Source of the DNA: Vicinamibacterales bacterium | GTDB taxonomy: Bacteria; Acidobacteriota; Vicinamibacteria; Vicinamibacterales; UBA8438 | Assembly (NCBI GenBank): GCA_965206285.1 | Contig: OZ242205.1 | Span: 4,564,478 to 4,628,477 of the forward strand | Reading direction: 5' to 3' | DNA length: 64,000 bases | In this document: piece by piece, positions 9,869-18,355 of the stretch | How the letters are laid out: every line of letters begins with the position of its first letter | Numbering within the stretch: the first letter of the stretch is position 1 | The notes under the pieces: model-generated | Told to the model about the DNA's origin: nothing | What the model saw: the letters and a program-made list of their open reading frames with translations, nothing else | Database searches by the model: none | Translations under genes and position numbers: made by a program

Positions 9869-9927
9869 TCACAGGAGCTTCGCGCCGGCGAAAACTCCGG
9901 ATGCGACCGCAAGGTCGCGCGGGCGCA

Positions 9928-10063
9928 GGCAAGCCCCCTGGCGCCCGGGATCGCCGGGTTGGCTGTCCCGCGCCCTGGGGCTGTAGACTGCCCTCGGCAA
10001 GCCCCTCGCGCCCGGGATCACCGGGTTGGCTGTCCCGCGCCCGGGGGGCTGTAGACTGCCCTG
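9928..10063. repeat. 2 x 68 bp tandem repeat in a divergent intergenic region
   Basis: Unit 1 (9928-9995) and unit 2 (9996-10063) share GGCAAGCCCC..GCGCCCGGGATC[G/A]CCGGGTTGGCTGTCCCGCGCCC..GGGGCTGTAGACTGCCCT with a few substitutions or indels. It is preceded by GCGACCGCAAGGTCGCGC (9903-9920), the reverse complement of the module at 4513. Confidence 0.85.
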
Positions 10064-10147
10064 GCAGCTTCGGGGCTCCGGCAAATGCACGAGCTTGTTA
10101 GCTTAGCAGAGATGTACGCGGCGACGCGCCGCAGTTGTGGAGGTTCC

Positions 10148-12157
10148 ATGCGTTATCAGAAATGGGTCGGGATGTCGGCGGCGTTGGTTCTGGCAGCGAC
10201 GGTCGCCGCGCCCGCGGTGTCGGCGCAGGAGGACGGCGAGCGCCGCTACCTGCTGGAGCGGATCGACGACGCGGCGGTCGTGCAGCTCTATGCCGACGGC
10301 TTCGAGGCGCTGCCGCTGCGCGACAAGACGCTCATCTGGCATCTGTCTCAGGCGGCGCTGGCCGGGCGTGACATCTACTACGACCAGCGCTACGAGCACA
10401 ACCTCGAGATGCGCGAGGTCCTCGAGGAGATCGTCACCCATTCCGGCGGCGTCGACGGCGGGACGCTGGCCGCGATCGAGAAGTACACGAAGCTCTTCTG
10501 GATCAACACCGGTCCGTTCAACAGCCTCACGGCCCGCCGGTTCGTGATGGAGACGACCCCCGCCGCGTTCGCGGACGCGGTCCGGGCGGCGGCCGGGGCC
10601 GGGGCCGAGTTCCCGCTGCGTGACGGCGAGGACCTCGGGCAGATGGCGGAGCGGATGGCGCCGCTGTTCTTCGATCCCGACTTCGAGCCCATCGTCACCA
10701 ACAAGACCCCCGGTCCCGGCGAGGACATGCTGCTGGCGAGCGCGAACAACCTCTACAAGGGCGTCTCGATGGCCGACCTGGAGGCGTTCGAGGAGGAGTA
10801 CCCCCTGACCTCGCGTCTCGTGAAGGTCGACGGCCGGCTCGTCGAGGAGGTCTACAAGGTCGGCGGCAGGTACAGCGACGAGATCTCCGGGATCATCCGC
10901 CACCTGGAGGCGGCGGTTCCGTACGCGAGCGAACCCATGGCGAAGGCGCTGCGCGCGAACGTCGCCTACTACCGGACGGGGTCGCCGGTCGACCAGCGGG
11001 CCTACGACATCGCCTGGGTCGAGGACCAGAGCTCGTCGGTCGACACCATCAACGGCTTCACCGAGGTGTACATGGACGCCCGCGGGGCCAAGGGCGCGTG
11101 GGAGGCGCTGGTCTTCTACGTCAACCCGGAGAAGACGGGGGCCATCCGGACGCTGGCCGAGAACGCCCAGTGGTTCGAGGACCGGATGCCCTGGGACCCC
11201 CGCTACCGCAAGGCCGGCGTGACCGGCATCACCGCCAACGCCATCGACGTGGTCGTCGAGACCGGCGACTCCGGCCCGCTGACGCCCATCGGCATCAACC
11301 TGCCCAACGACCAGACGGTGCGCGAGCAGTACGGCAGCAAGTCGATCTCGCTGTCGAACGTGAACGAGGCCTACGAGCTGTCCCGGTCCGGGAGCTACCG
11401 GCAGGAGTTCGCGTGGACGGAGGAGGAGGCGGAGCGCTCGGGGCAATGGGGCAGCCTCGCCGGCGAGATGACCACCAACATGCACGAGGTCATCGGCCAC
11501 GCCTCGGGGCAGCTGGCGGAGCGGCTGGGCGGCTCGGCCCAGCCCTACCTGAACGAGCAGTACTCGGCCCTCGAGGAGGCGCGGGCCGACCTCATCGGGC
11601 TCTACTTCCTGGCCGACCCGAAGCTCGTCGAGATCGGCGTCCTCCCGGCCGAGGCGCAGGAGGACATCGTGCTCGCCGAGTACGAGGCCTACACCCGCAA
11701 CGCCCTGCTCCAGCTCCGGCGGATGCGCGAGGGGAGCCAGATCGAGCAGGACCACATGCGCAACCGCCAGATGATCGTCCACTGGCTGATGGCGAACACC
11801 GAGGCGATCGATCGGCGGACGCGCGACGGCCGGACGTACTACGTGATGGTCGATGCCGAGGCGTTCCGCGCGGGGGTGGCGACCCTCCTCGCGGAGGTGC
11901 AGCGCATCAAGTCGGAGGGCGACTACGAGGCGGCCCGGACGCTGTTCGAGACCCACGGCATTCACTTCGATCCCGCCCTGCGCGACGAGATCGTGGCCCG
12001 GGTCGACGCGATCGGTCTGCCGTCGTACTCCGGGTTCGTTCAACCGAAGCTGGAGCCGGTACGGAACGACGCGGGCGAGATCGTCGACGTGGAGATCTCC
12101 TACCCGCGGGACCTGACCGCGCAGATGCTGGAGTACTCCGGCAAGCGGATGCCCTGA
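10148..12157 (+). CDS. M49 family metallopeptidase (dipeptidyl-peptidase III-like), secreted
   Basis: Frame of ORF 10085..12157, started at Met22. Signal MRYQKWVGMSAALVLAATVAAPAVSAQ. Zinc motifs HEVIGHASGQ and EEARADL correspond to the M49 HExxGH / EExRAE(D) pair. Confidence 0.8.
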   Translation: MRYQKWVGMSAALVLAATVAAPAVSAQEDGERRYLLERIDDAAVVQLYADGFEALPLRDKTLIWHLSQAALAGRDIYYDQRYEHNLEMREVLEEIVTHSGGVDGGTLAAIEKYTKLFWINTGPFNSLTARRFVMETTPAAFADAVRAAAGAGAEFPLRDGEDLGQMAERMAPLFFDPDFEPIVTNKTPGPGEDMLLASANNLYKGVSMADLEAFEEEYPLTSRLVKVDGRLVEEVYKVGGRYSDEISGIIRHLEAAVPYASEPMAKALRANVAYYRTGSPVDQRAYDIAWVEDQSSSVDTINGFTEVYMDARGAKGAWEALVFYVNPEKTGAIRTLAENAQWFEDRMPWDPRYRKAGVTGITANAIDVVVETGDSGPLTPIGINLPNDQTVREQYGSKSISLSNVNEAYELSRSGSYRQEFAWTEEEAERSGQWGSLAGEMTTNMHEVIGHASGQLAERLGGSAQPYLNEQYSALEEARADLIGLYFLADPKLVEIGVLPAEAQEDIVLAEYEAYTRNALLQLRRMREGSQIEQDHMRNRQMIVHWLMANTEAIDRRTRDGRTYYVMVDAEAFRAGVATLLAEVQRIKSEGDYEAARTLFETHGIHFDPALRDEIVARVDAIGLPSYSGFVQPKLEPVRNDAGEIVDVEISYPRDLTAQMLEYSGKRMP

Positions 12158-12162
12158 GGGAG

Positions 12163-12747
12163 TTATCTCAGCCAGCCCGGCGGCACGCCGGCTCGCCGGG
12201 CCTCGTCGCGCAGGGCGGCGACGGCCCGGGCGAGGGCGTCGATGGCGGCCCTGGCCTCGTCGAGCTCCGCCAGCGCCGCCTGCCGCTCCTGCTCGAGGGC
12301 CGCGCGCTGCGCGGGGTCGTCGCGGCTGGTGAAATCGGCCCACAGCCCGTCCACGCGGGTCTGGAGCGCGGCGGGGCGGAGCTCGGCCTCCTCGAGCGCC
12401 TGCCGGGCCGCGGTCATGCGGTCTCGCCACCGTTCTTCGTCGCCGGCGGCCACGGCATCGGAGGACGGCGGGGCCGGGGCTTCCGATCTCGTCGCGGCCG
12501 GCCCGGTCCCCGCCGTCGGGTCCGGCGCGGCGTCGCCGATGCGCACGGTGAGCCTGCCGCTGTGCACGAGGTCGGCGTCCGTGTAGACCTTCGGCGGGGC
12601 CGCGTCCGGGCCGGCCTGCCGGGCGAGCGCTTCGCGCCGCAGCCGTTCCTGCCGCGCGACCTCGACGAGGGACTGGGCGGTCGCGGTCGCGGCGGCCGCC
12701 GACACGAGGACGAGCGCGAGCAGGACGTGCAACGTGAGCGATTTCAT
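12163..12747 (-). CDS. secreted coiled-coil hypothetical protein
   Basis: 194-aa ORF. Signal MKSLTLHVLLALVLVSAAAATATAQS, then Ala/Arg/Glu-rich helical repeats. No family recognised. Confidence 0.55.
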   Translation of the reverse strand: MKSLTLHVLLALVLVSAAAATATAQSLVEVARQERLRREALARQAGPDAAPPKVYTDADLVHSGRLTVRIGDAAPDPTAGTGPAATRSEAPAPPSSDAVAAGDEERWRDRMTAARQALEEAELRPAALQTRVDGLWADFTSRDDPAQRAALEQERQAALAELDEARAAIDALARAVAALRDEARRAGVPPGWLR

Positions 12748-12774
12748 GTGGGTTCCCCTGTCATCTCAGCCTGC

Positions 12775-12880
12775 TTCTTGCCCAGGCTTCCTTGTTCCCG
12801 AGGTTCTTGTACGAGCTTCTTGTCCAAGCCGCTTGTTCATGCTTCTTGTTCCAGGTCTCTTGTTCAGGTTCTTTGCAGGA
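12775..12880. repeat. periodic array of 7-8 CTTCTTGT-like motifs (13-15 nt spacing) in a low-GC divergent intergenic region
   Basis: CTTG[T/C] starts at 12778, 12792, 12807, 12820, 12833, 12846 and 12860, with a degenerate copy near 12871. The local sequence is pyrimidine-rich and clearly less GC-rich than the flanks. Confidence 0.8.
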
Positions 12881-13168
12881 ACCGTGCCGGTACTCCGCAG
12901 AACCCTGCCGGCCTGTCTGCGGGCCTGGTCGGACGCGGCTTGGCGTCGCGGCCCGGCATCGCGCCGTGATGTCGGACGCCACGCGCCCTGGCCGGGCCGG
13001 GGGGCGGATCCGCCCCGCCGGGGCGAGGCGGGGAGCGGCTGCGCCCCGCCGGCGCGGGGCGGCCGGAGCCGGCCCGATGAAACGATCCGGCCCCCTGGAT
13101 CGTCCTTCGACATGCGGGCGGCGCCCTCGTCGTGATGAGGGGAGTCGCACCGGGGAGACACCGCGCGC

Positions 13169-14329
13169 ATGAACGTCGGCATCGTCTGTTATCCCACCGT
13201 GGGCGGCAGCGGCATCGTCGCCACCGAGCTCGCCAAGGCGCTGGCCCAGCGCGGTCACGAGGTTCGGCTCATCAGCACCGAGATGCCGTTCCGGGGGCCG
13301 GACTTTCAGGTCGGGCTGGTCTTCCACCCCGTCCAGACCCCCGGCTATCCGCTTTTTCGCGAGCCGCAGCATCTGTTGTCGCTCGCCAACAAGATCGTCC
13401 AGGTCAGCCGCGAGCACCGCCTGGACGTCATCCACGCCCACTACGCCATCCCGCATGCCGCCGCCGCCTATCTGGCGCGGCAGATTCTCGCGAATGCCGA
13501 AGGCGCGAACGTGCCGCGGGTCATCACCACCCTCCACGGCACCGACGTGACGCTGATCGGCAGCGACAGCTCGTACTCGGAGACCGCGGCGTTCTGCATC
13601 GATCAGTCCGACGGGGTGACCGCGGTGTCGGAGAGCCTGCGCGCCGACACCTATCAGCAAATGTCGGTGCGCGCCGACATCCGGGTGATTCCGAACTTCC
13701 TCGATTGCGAGATCCACCGCCGCTCGGAGGACCCCGCGTTGCGCGCCCGTTTCACCGGGGACGACGACGCGGTGCGTCTCGTGATCCACGTGTCGAACTT
13801 CCGGCCGGTGAAGCGGGCCGAGGCGGTGATCGACATCTTCGACCGCATTCGCCGGCGCGTGCCGTCGAAGCTGCTCCTCGTCGGCGACGGGCCGGACCTC
13901 GACCGGGCGGGCCGCCGGGTACGGAACCTCGGGCTGACGGATGCCGTCGTCCAATTGGGCGAGCAGGAACAGGTGGTGCCGCTGCTGTCGGTCGCGGATC
14001 TGTTCCTGCTGCCGTCGGCGCAGGAGAGCTTCGGGCTGGCCGCGCTGGAGGCGATGGCGTGTCAGGTGCCGGTGGTGGCGTCCCGGGTCGGCGGGCTTCC
14101 CGAGGTGATCGAGAACGGAATCACCGGCTTTCTGCACGACCCGGACGACCTCGATGGCATGGCGTCGAGCGGCGTGGCCGTGCTGTCGGATCCCGCCCGG
14201 CATCGGGCGGTCGCGGCGGCCGGGCTCACCGCCGTCCACCAGCGGTTCTGCGCCAACGCCATCGTACCGAAGTACGAGGCGTTCTACACCGAGGTGCTCG
14301 GGCGCGAACCCATGCCCGCGACGCGCTAG
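13169..14329 (+). CDS. bshA: N-acetyl-alpha-D-glucosaminyl L-malate synthase (GT4 glycosyltransferase, bacillithiol biosynthesis)
   Basis: 386-aa ORF. The N-terminus MNVGIVCYPTVGGSGIVATELAKALAQRGHEV closely parallels the Bacillus BshA N-terminus (ITCYPSVGGSGVVATELGK..GHE). C-terminal GT4 motifs are ESFGLAALEAMACQVPVVASRVGGLPEVI. Confidence 0.8.
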   Translation: MNVGIVCYPTVGGSGIVATELAKALAQRGHEVRLISTEMPFRGPDFQVGLVFHPVQTPGYPLFREPQHLLSLANKIVQVSREHRLDVIHAHYAIPHAAAAYLARQILANAEGANVPRVITTLHGTDVTLIGSDSSYSETAAFCIDQSDGVTAVSESLRADTYQQMSVRADIRVIPNFLDCEIHRRSEDPALRARFTGDDDAVRLVIHVSNFRPVKRAEAVIDIFDRIRRRVPSKLLLVGDGPDLDRAGRRVRNLGLTDAVVQLGEQEQVVPLLSVADLFLLPSAQESFGLAALEAMACQVPVVASRVGGLPEVIENGITGFLHDPDDLDGMASSGVAVLSDPARHRAVAAAGLTAVHQRFCANAIVPKYEAFYTEVLGREPMPATR

Positions 14330-14461
14330 TGGTATGTCCCAGAAATAACCTTGCGGTTGCTCGCATGTGGCCGAACGGGTCGTCGAACGGCGATTCCGGC
14401 CCGAACCGTCGAAACGCCTCGCAGATCAAGCGTCAACTTGTTCAAGTGACACACCACTAGC
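14324..14461. repeat. 14-bp inverted repeat pair flanking a ~110 bp lower-GC segment
   Basis: GCTAGTGGTATGTC (14324-14337) against GACACACCACTAGC (14448-14461) gives 13/14 complementary positions. The interior carries CTTGCGGTTGCTCGC and CGGCGATTCCGGCCC, which resemble modules of the dispersed family. Confidence 0.6.
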
Positions 14462-14466
14462 GCGAT

Positions 14467-14631
14467 CGCGCGACCTGACGGTCGCGTTGGACGTTTCGCT
14501 GGCGCGGGCGCAAGCTCCTGGCCCGGAAATCGTCGGCTGTGGCTCCGATTGCCGCTCAACCAACCCTGCCAGGAGTCTGCACGGCTTCTGCGGCTCAGAC
14601 TCCTGGCCCGGAAACCGTTGCCTGCGGCTCC
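14467..14631. repeat. composite copy of the dispersed repeat family (two tandem half-elements around an 11-bp-arm hairpin)
   Basis: Contains CGCGCGACCTGACGGTCGCGTTGGACGTTTCGCTGGCGCG. This is followed by CTCCTGGCCCGGAAATCGTCGGCTGTGGCTCC..CAACCAACCCTGCCAGGAGTCTGC, and by CAGACTCCTGGCCCGGAAACCGTTGCCTGCGGCTCC. CCAGGAGTCTG and CAGACTCCTGG are inverted. Confidence 0.75.
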
Positions 14632-14709
14632 TTGCTGCCCGACGGGCCCTCGGCCTCGGCCACGCCGCCCCGTCCGCGAGGCCCCGCCACCGGGTATACT
14701 CGGAAGACG

Positions 14710-17412
14710 ATGACAAAGATGCGTGCACTGGCGGCAAGCGGAGCCTTGTGTATTTCCCTGGCCGCCCCGGGGGCGACGTTGCGGGCCCAGCCCGCGGAAG
14801 CGGTCAACGGCCGGACCGCGCTCGGGCTGGTGCTGCGGCAGATCAACAACACCGGCACGTTCATGATGGCCACGGCGCATCCCGATGACGAGATCAACGG
14901 GTTGCTGGCATTGTTGAGTCATGGCGAGGGCGTGCGCACGACGCTGGTCACCGCCACCCGCGGCGACGGCGGACAGAACGAGATCGGCCCGGAGCTGTTC
15001 GACGCCCTGGCGGTGCTGCGGACCGAGGAGCTGCTGGCCGCGCATCGCCTGGACGGGGCCGAGCAGTTCTTCACCCGCGCGGTCGACTTCGGCTACTCCT
15101 TCAGCCGCGACGAGACGTTCGAGGCGTGGGGGCGCGAGGTGATCCTGGGCGATTTCGTCCGCATGATTCGCACGCTTCGACCCGATGTCATCGCCGGGAT
15201 GAGTCCCGACGGCGCGGGTGGGGGGCAGCACCATCAGGCCTCGGCGGTGCTGGCGCGGGAAGCCTATGCGGCGGCCGCCGATCCCACGCGGTTTCCGGAG
15301 CAGCTGGCGGAAGGGCTGCGGCCGTGGCAGCCGCGGAAGTTCTATTTCATGGACGGGTTCCCGGCCTTCCGCTTCGGCGGCGGTTTCGGGCGCACCGCCC
15401 CCGGCGGGCCCGGCGGCCCGCGGGGCGGCCGCGGGCAGGCCGCGCGGGCCGGGACGGTGTCCATCAATCTCGGCCGATTCGACCCGTTGCTGGGGCGCAC
15501 CTACGCCGAGATCGGCAGCCAGGCCCGCGGCATGCACAAGTGCCAGGGGATGTCGCCGATCGTCAGTCTGCCGGGGCCGGCGTCGATCCGCTACCGGTTG
15601 GACGACACCGTCATCTCCGGCCACGCGGGTCAGGCCGAGCAGGCGCTGTTCGACGGGGTCGACACCTCGATCGCGGGGCTGGCCCGGCATGCCGGGCCCC
15701 AGCCCCCGCCCGGCCTCGTGGAGGGCCTGACCACCCTCGCCCGGCACGCCGCCACCGCCCTGCAGGTCTACGAGCGGGGCGCCGTCGAGGCCCAGCGGGT
15801 GACCCTGCTGGCGGGTCTGGGGGCGGTCCGCACCCTCCGGGACCAGCTCGGTACGTTCGGCCTGTCCGACGAGGCGGTCTTCGAGATCGACTTCCGGCTG
15901 GCGCAGAAGGAGGCCCAGTACGAACGGGGGGTGGTCCTGGCCCACAACCTGCGGCTCGACGTCTTCGCCGACGACGGCGTCGTCACCCCGGGACAGCCGG
16001 TCACGGTGCTCGCGCAGGTGGCGAACCACGGCGGCGCGGCCGCCACCGTCGAACGGATCCGCTTCGAAGGCTTCGCGGCCGCGGAGTCCACGTGCGGCAC
16101 CGGCGCCCTCGCCCCCGGCGCGGTGTACCGCTGCGAGACCCCGTTGAGTCTGCCGGCGACCGCGCCGCCGACCGACATCCACTGGGAGCGGCTGCCCGAC
16201 GCGGCGCGATATCGGGTCGATGCGGACGTGCCGTTCGGGGCGCCGTTTCGACCGACGCCGTTCCGCGCCACTTTCGAGCTCGATTTCGGCACCGCCCGAA
16301 TCGCCGTCGACCGGCCCATCGCCTTTCGGTCCGGCAGCGACCTGTTCGCCGGCGAGAAGCGCATGGAGCTGCAGGTGGTGCCGCCGTTCGCCGTCGACAT
16401 CGCCCCGCAGATCGCCATCGTGCCCGTCGGGGCGGCCGAGCCCCGCGATGTCCGGGTCACCATCCGCAACGGGGGCGTCCAGCCCGCGAGCGGGGTCGTC
16501 AGCCTCGAGCTGCCCGAGGGGTGGCGGCAGACGCCGGACCGGATACCGGTGGCTCTCGCGCGTGAGGACGAGGCGCGAACCGTCCGCTTCGCCGTGCATC
16601 CGGCCCCCGACGCGCCCGCCGGAGACTACCGCATCGGCGCGCGGTTCGAGGCCGGCGGCGCGCAGTTCGACCGCGGGTATCAGGTGGTGGAGTATCCCCA
16701 CGTCGGCCGCCGGCACCTGGTCCACGCCGCCGAAACGGCGATCAAGGTGATCGACGTCCGGCTGGATCCGGAGCTGCGGGTCGGCTACGTCGACGGGGTC
16801 GGCGACGAGGTGCCGGCGGCGATCGAGCAGCTCGGTGCGCGGTTGGAGCACATCTCGAGCGATGAGCTGGTGTTCGGCGACCTGTCCGGGTTCGATGTCA
16901 TCGTGACGGGGGTCCGGGCCTACGAGCGGAACCAGGACCTGCGGGCCAACAACGGCCGGCTGCTGGAGTACGTCGAGGCGGGCGGCACTCTCGTCGTCCA
17001 GTACAACAAGTTCGAGTTCAACGAGGCGCAGTACGGACCCTATCCGGCCCGCGTCAGCCGCAACCGCGTGACGGACGAGTACGCACCGGTGCGGATGCTG
17101 ACTCCCGACCACCCGGTATTCGGTTTTCCGAACGCGATCTCCGAGGCGACCTGGAGCGGCTGGGTGCAGGAACGCGGACTGTACTTCCTCGGCGACAAGG
17201 ATCCCGCGTACGCCGACCTCGTCGAGCTGCGCGATACGTTCCCGTCCAACCCCGGCGCCAAGCGCGGCGCCCTGGTCGAAACGCGGTACGGCGAGGGGCG
17301 CTGGCTGTATGTCGGGCTCGGCCTCTGGCGGCAGCTTCCCGCCGGCACCCCCGGCGCCTACCAGTTGCTGGCGAATCTGCTCAGCCTCGGCGGGGGTTCC
17401 CAGGCCCCGTGA
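14710..17412 (+). CDS. large secreted PIG-L/LmbE family deacetylase-domain protein
   Basis: Frame of ORF 14539..17412, started at Met58. Signal MTKMRALAASGALCISLAAPGATLRAQ. PIG-L motifs are MMATAHPDDEINGLLA, TRGDGGQNE and HHQAS. A long C-terminal extension ends in a region that looks like a ThuA/class-I amidotransferase-like fold (weak). Confidence 0.8.
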   Translation: MTKMRALAASGALCISLAAPGATLRAQPAEAVNGRTALGLVLRQINNTGTFMMATAHPDDEINGLLALLSHGEGVRTTLVTATRGDGGQNEIGPELFDALAVLRTEELLAAHRLDGAEQFFTRAVDFGYSFSRDETFEAWGREVILGDFVRMIRTLRPDVIAGMSPDGAGGGQHHQASAVLAREAYAAAADPTRFPEQLAEGLRPWQPRKFYFMDGFPAFRFGGGFGRTAPGGPGGPRGGRGQAARAGTVSINLGRFDPLLGRTYAEIGSQARGMHKCQGMSPIVSLPGPASIRYRLDDTVISGHAGQAEQALFDGVDTSIAGLARHAGPQPPPGLVEGLTTLARHAATALQVYERGAVEAQRVTLLAGLGAVRTLRDQLGTFGLSDEAVFEIDFRLAQKEAQYERGVVLAHNLRLDVFADDGVVTPGQPVTVLAQVANHGGAAATVERIRFEGFAAAESTCGTGALAPGAVYRCETPLSLPATAPPTDIHWERLPDAARYRVDADVPFGAPFRPTPFRATFELDFGTARIAVDRPIAFRSGSDLFAGEKRMELQVVPPFAVDIAPQIAIVPVGAAEPRDVRVTIRNGGVQPASGVVSLELPEGWRQTPDRIPVALAREDEARTVRFAVHPAPDAPAGDYRIGARFEAGGAQFDRGYQVVEYPHVGRRHLVHAAETAIKVIDVRLDPELRVGYVDGVGDEVPAAIEQLGARLEHISSDELVFGDLSGFDVIVTGVRAYERNQDLRANNGRLLEYVEAGGTLVVQYNKFEFNEAQYGPYPARVSRNRVTDEYAPVRMLTPDHPVFGFPNAISEATWSGWVQERGLYFLGDKDPAYADLVELRDTFPSNPGAKRGALVETRYGEGRWLYVGLGLWRQLPAGTPGAYQLLANLLSLGGGSQAP

Positions 17413-17482
17413 GTCAGGCCCGGAGGGCGGCGGGGCGGCGAACGGCGAAGCCGCTGGCGGCGGTTTCCGTGCCGGGAGCCCG

Positions 17483-18355
17483 TCAGGGCTGTCCGAGGAG
17501 ATAGACGTCGCCGGTGGGCACCGGCACGCCGCCGGCCGGCTCGATGGTGACGGCCATCGCCGCCGGCATCGGGATCGTTTCCGGGATATCGAGGGTCAGG
17601 GTGGCCGCGCCGTCCGCTTCCAGCGTGAGCAGCGCGGCGCCGACGGCGTTGGCGCCCGGCATGACGAACCAGAGCTGGTAGGCGTCGCCCTCCGGCAGGG
17701 ACGGAAGCCCGGTGGCCAGAAAGGCGAGCCGTGCCGACTCGGTCCACAGGGCGCGTCCCGTGGCGCGCGGGGCGAGGGGCTGTCCGGCCAGCGTCAGGGA
17801 CTGGACGGTCGGGTCGGTGGCGATGGCGATCACCTCTTCCCGCCGCGTGGCCTCGAGGTCCGCGACCGTCGCTTCGAGCTCGAGGATGTCCCGCCGCAGG
17901 GTTGCGGACTCCACGGTCTCCTGCAGATCGGCGATCTGCCGGTGCAGCGCGGCCACGTACCAGCCACCGGCGCCGGCGCCCGCCACGAGCAGGGTCGCCA
18001 TGAGCCAGAACAGGGCGCCGACCCCCGACCTGCGCGGCGCGGCGGCCTGCCTCGGGGCCGGCGCCGGGGGTGCCGTGGGCTTGCTCGGGGCCGGAGGGGC
18101 CGCGGGCCTCGAAGGCGCCGGGGTCCAGCCCGCGACCTCCCGCAGCACCCGCTCGCGGAGCGCCGGCGGCGGGTCGAGGGGGAGGGCCGTCTGCGGCAGA
18201 TGGTGGGTCACCGGCAGCAGCGACTTGACTTCCCTGACGCAGTCCACGCAGGCCTCGAGGTGCGACTCGAAGCGGTCTCGCTCGCCGTCGCCGAGCGCCC
18301 CCAGCGCGTAGAGCGCGGCCAACCCGTCGAATTGTTCGTGCGTCCGTTCGGTCAT
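17483..18355 (-). CDS. anti-sigma factor (zf-HC2 N-terminus, TM helix, RskA-like C-terminal domain)
   Basis: Met107 of ORF 17483..18673. Motif HLEACVDCVREV (HxxxCxxC), TM segment ALFWLMATLLVAGAGAGGWYV. The C-terminal part YQLWFV..AVTIEPAGG is typical of the RskA family. ATGA overlap with the sigma gene stop (18352-18355). Confidence 0.8.
   Translation of the reverse strand: MTERTHEQFDGLAALYALGALGDGERDRFESHLEACVDCVREVKSLLPVTHHLPQTALPLDPPPALRERVLREVAGWTPAPSRPAAPPAPSKPTAPPAPAPRQAAAPRRSGVGALFWLMATLLVAGAGAGGWYVAALHRQIADLQETVESATLRRDILELEATVADLEATRREEVIAIATDPTVQSLTLAGQPLAPRATGRALWTESARLAFLATGLPSLPEGDAYQLWFVMPGANAVGAALLTLEADGAATLTLDIPETIPMPAAMAVTIEPAGGVPVPTGDVYLLGQP

Noticed and set aside
7419-9932. 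N-terminal 838 aa of the 1079-aa ORF 6693..9932.
   Set aside because: Only the last 241 aa (Uma2) make protein sense. The rest is an off-frame, same-strand read-through of the S9 peptidase gene.
9928-12880. The 2 x 68 bp tandem repeat (9928-10063) and the CTTGT array (12775-12880) as CRISPR arrays.
   Set aside because: The first has only two long units with no spacers. The second has 8-nt motifs at 13-14 nt spacing. Neither fits a repeat-spacer architecture, and no cas genes are present.
12734-13172. Plus-strand ORFs 12734..13135 and 12792..13172 as genes upstream of bshA.
   Set aside because: They cover the periodic repeat array and an Arg/Gly/Pro-rich stretch. The repeat period is not a multiple of three, and no motifs are recognised.
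14326-17112. 928-aa minus-strand ORF, the longest of many very long ORFs (others include 1374..3470, 4658..6340, 7625..10054, 10103..12430, 29514..31871, 55614..57455 and 60567..62492).
   Set aside because: They are antisense or off-frame to genes with clear family motifs. They are Arg/Pro/Gly/Ala-rich, as expected for shadow frames in ~70% GC DNA, and contain no recognisable domains.
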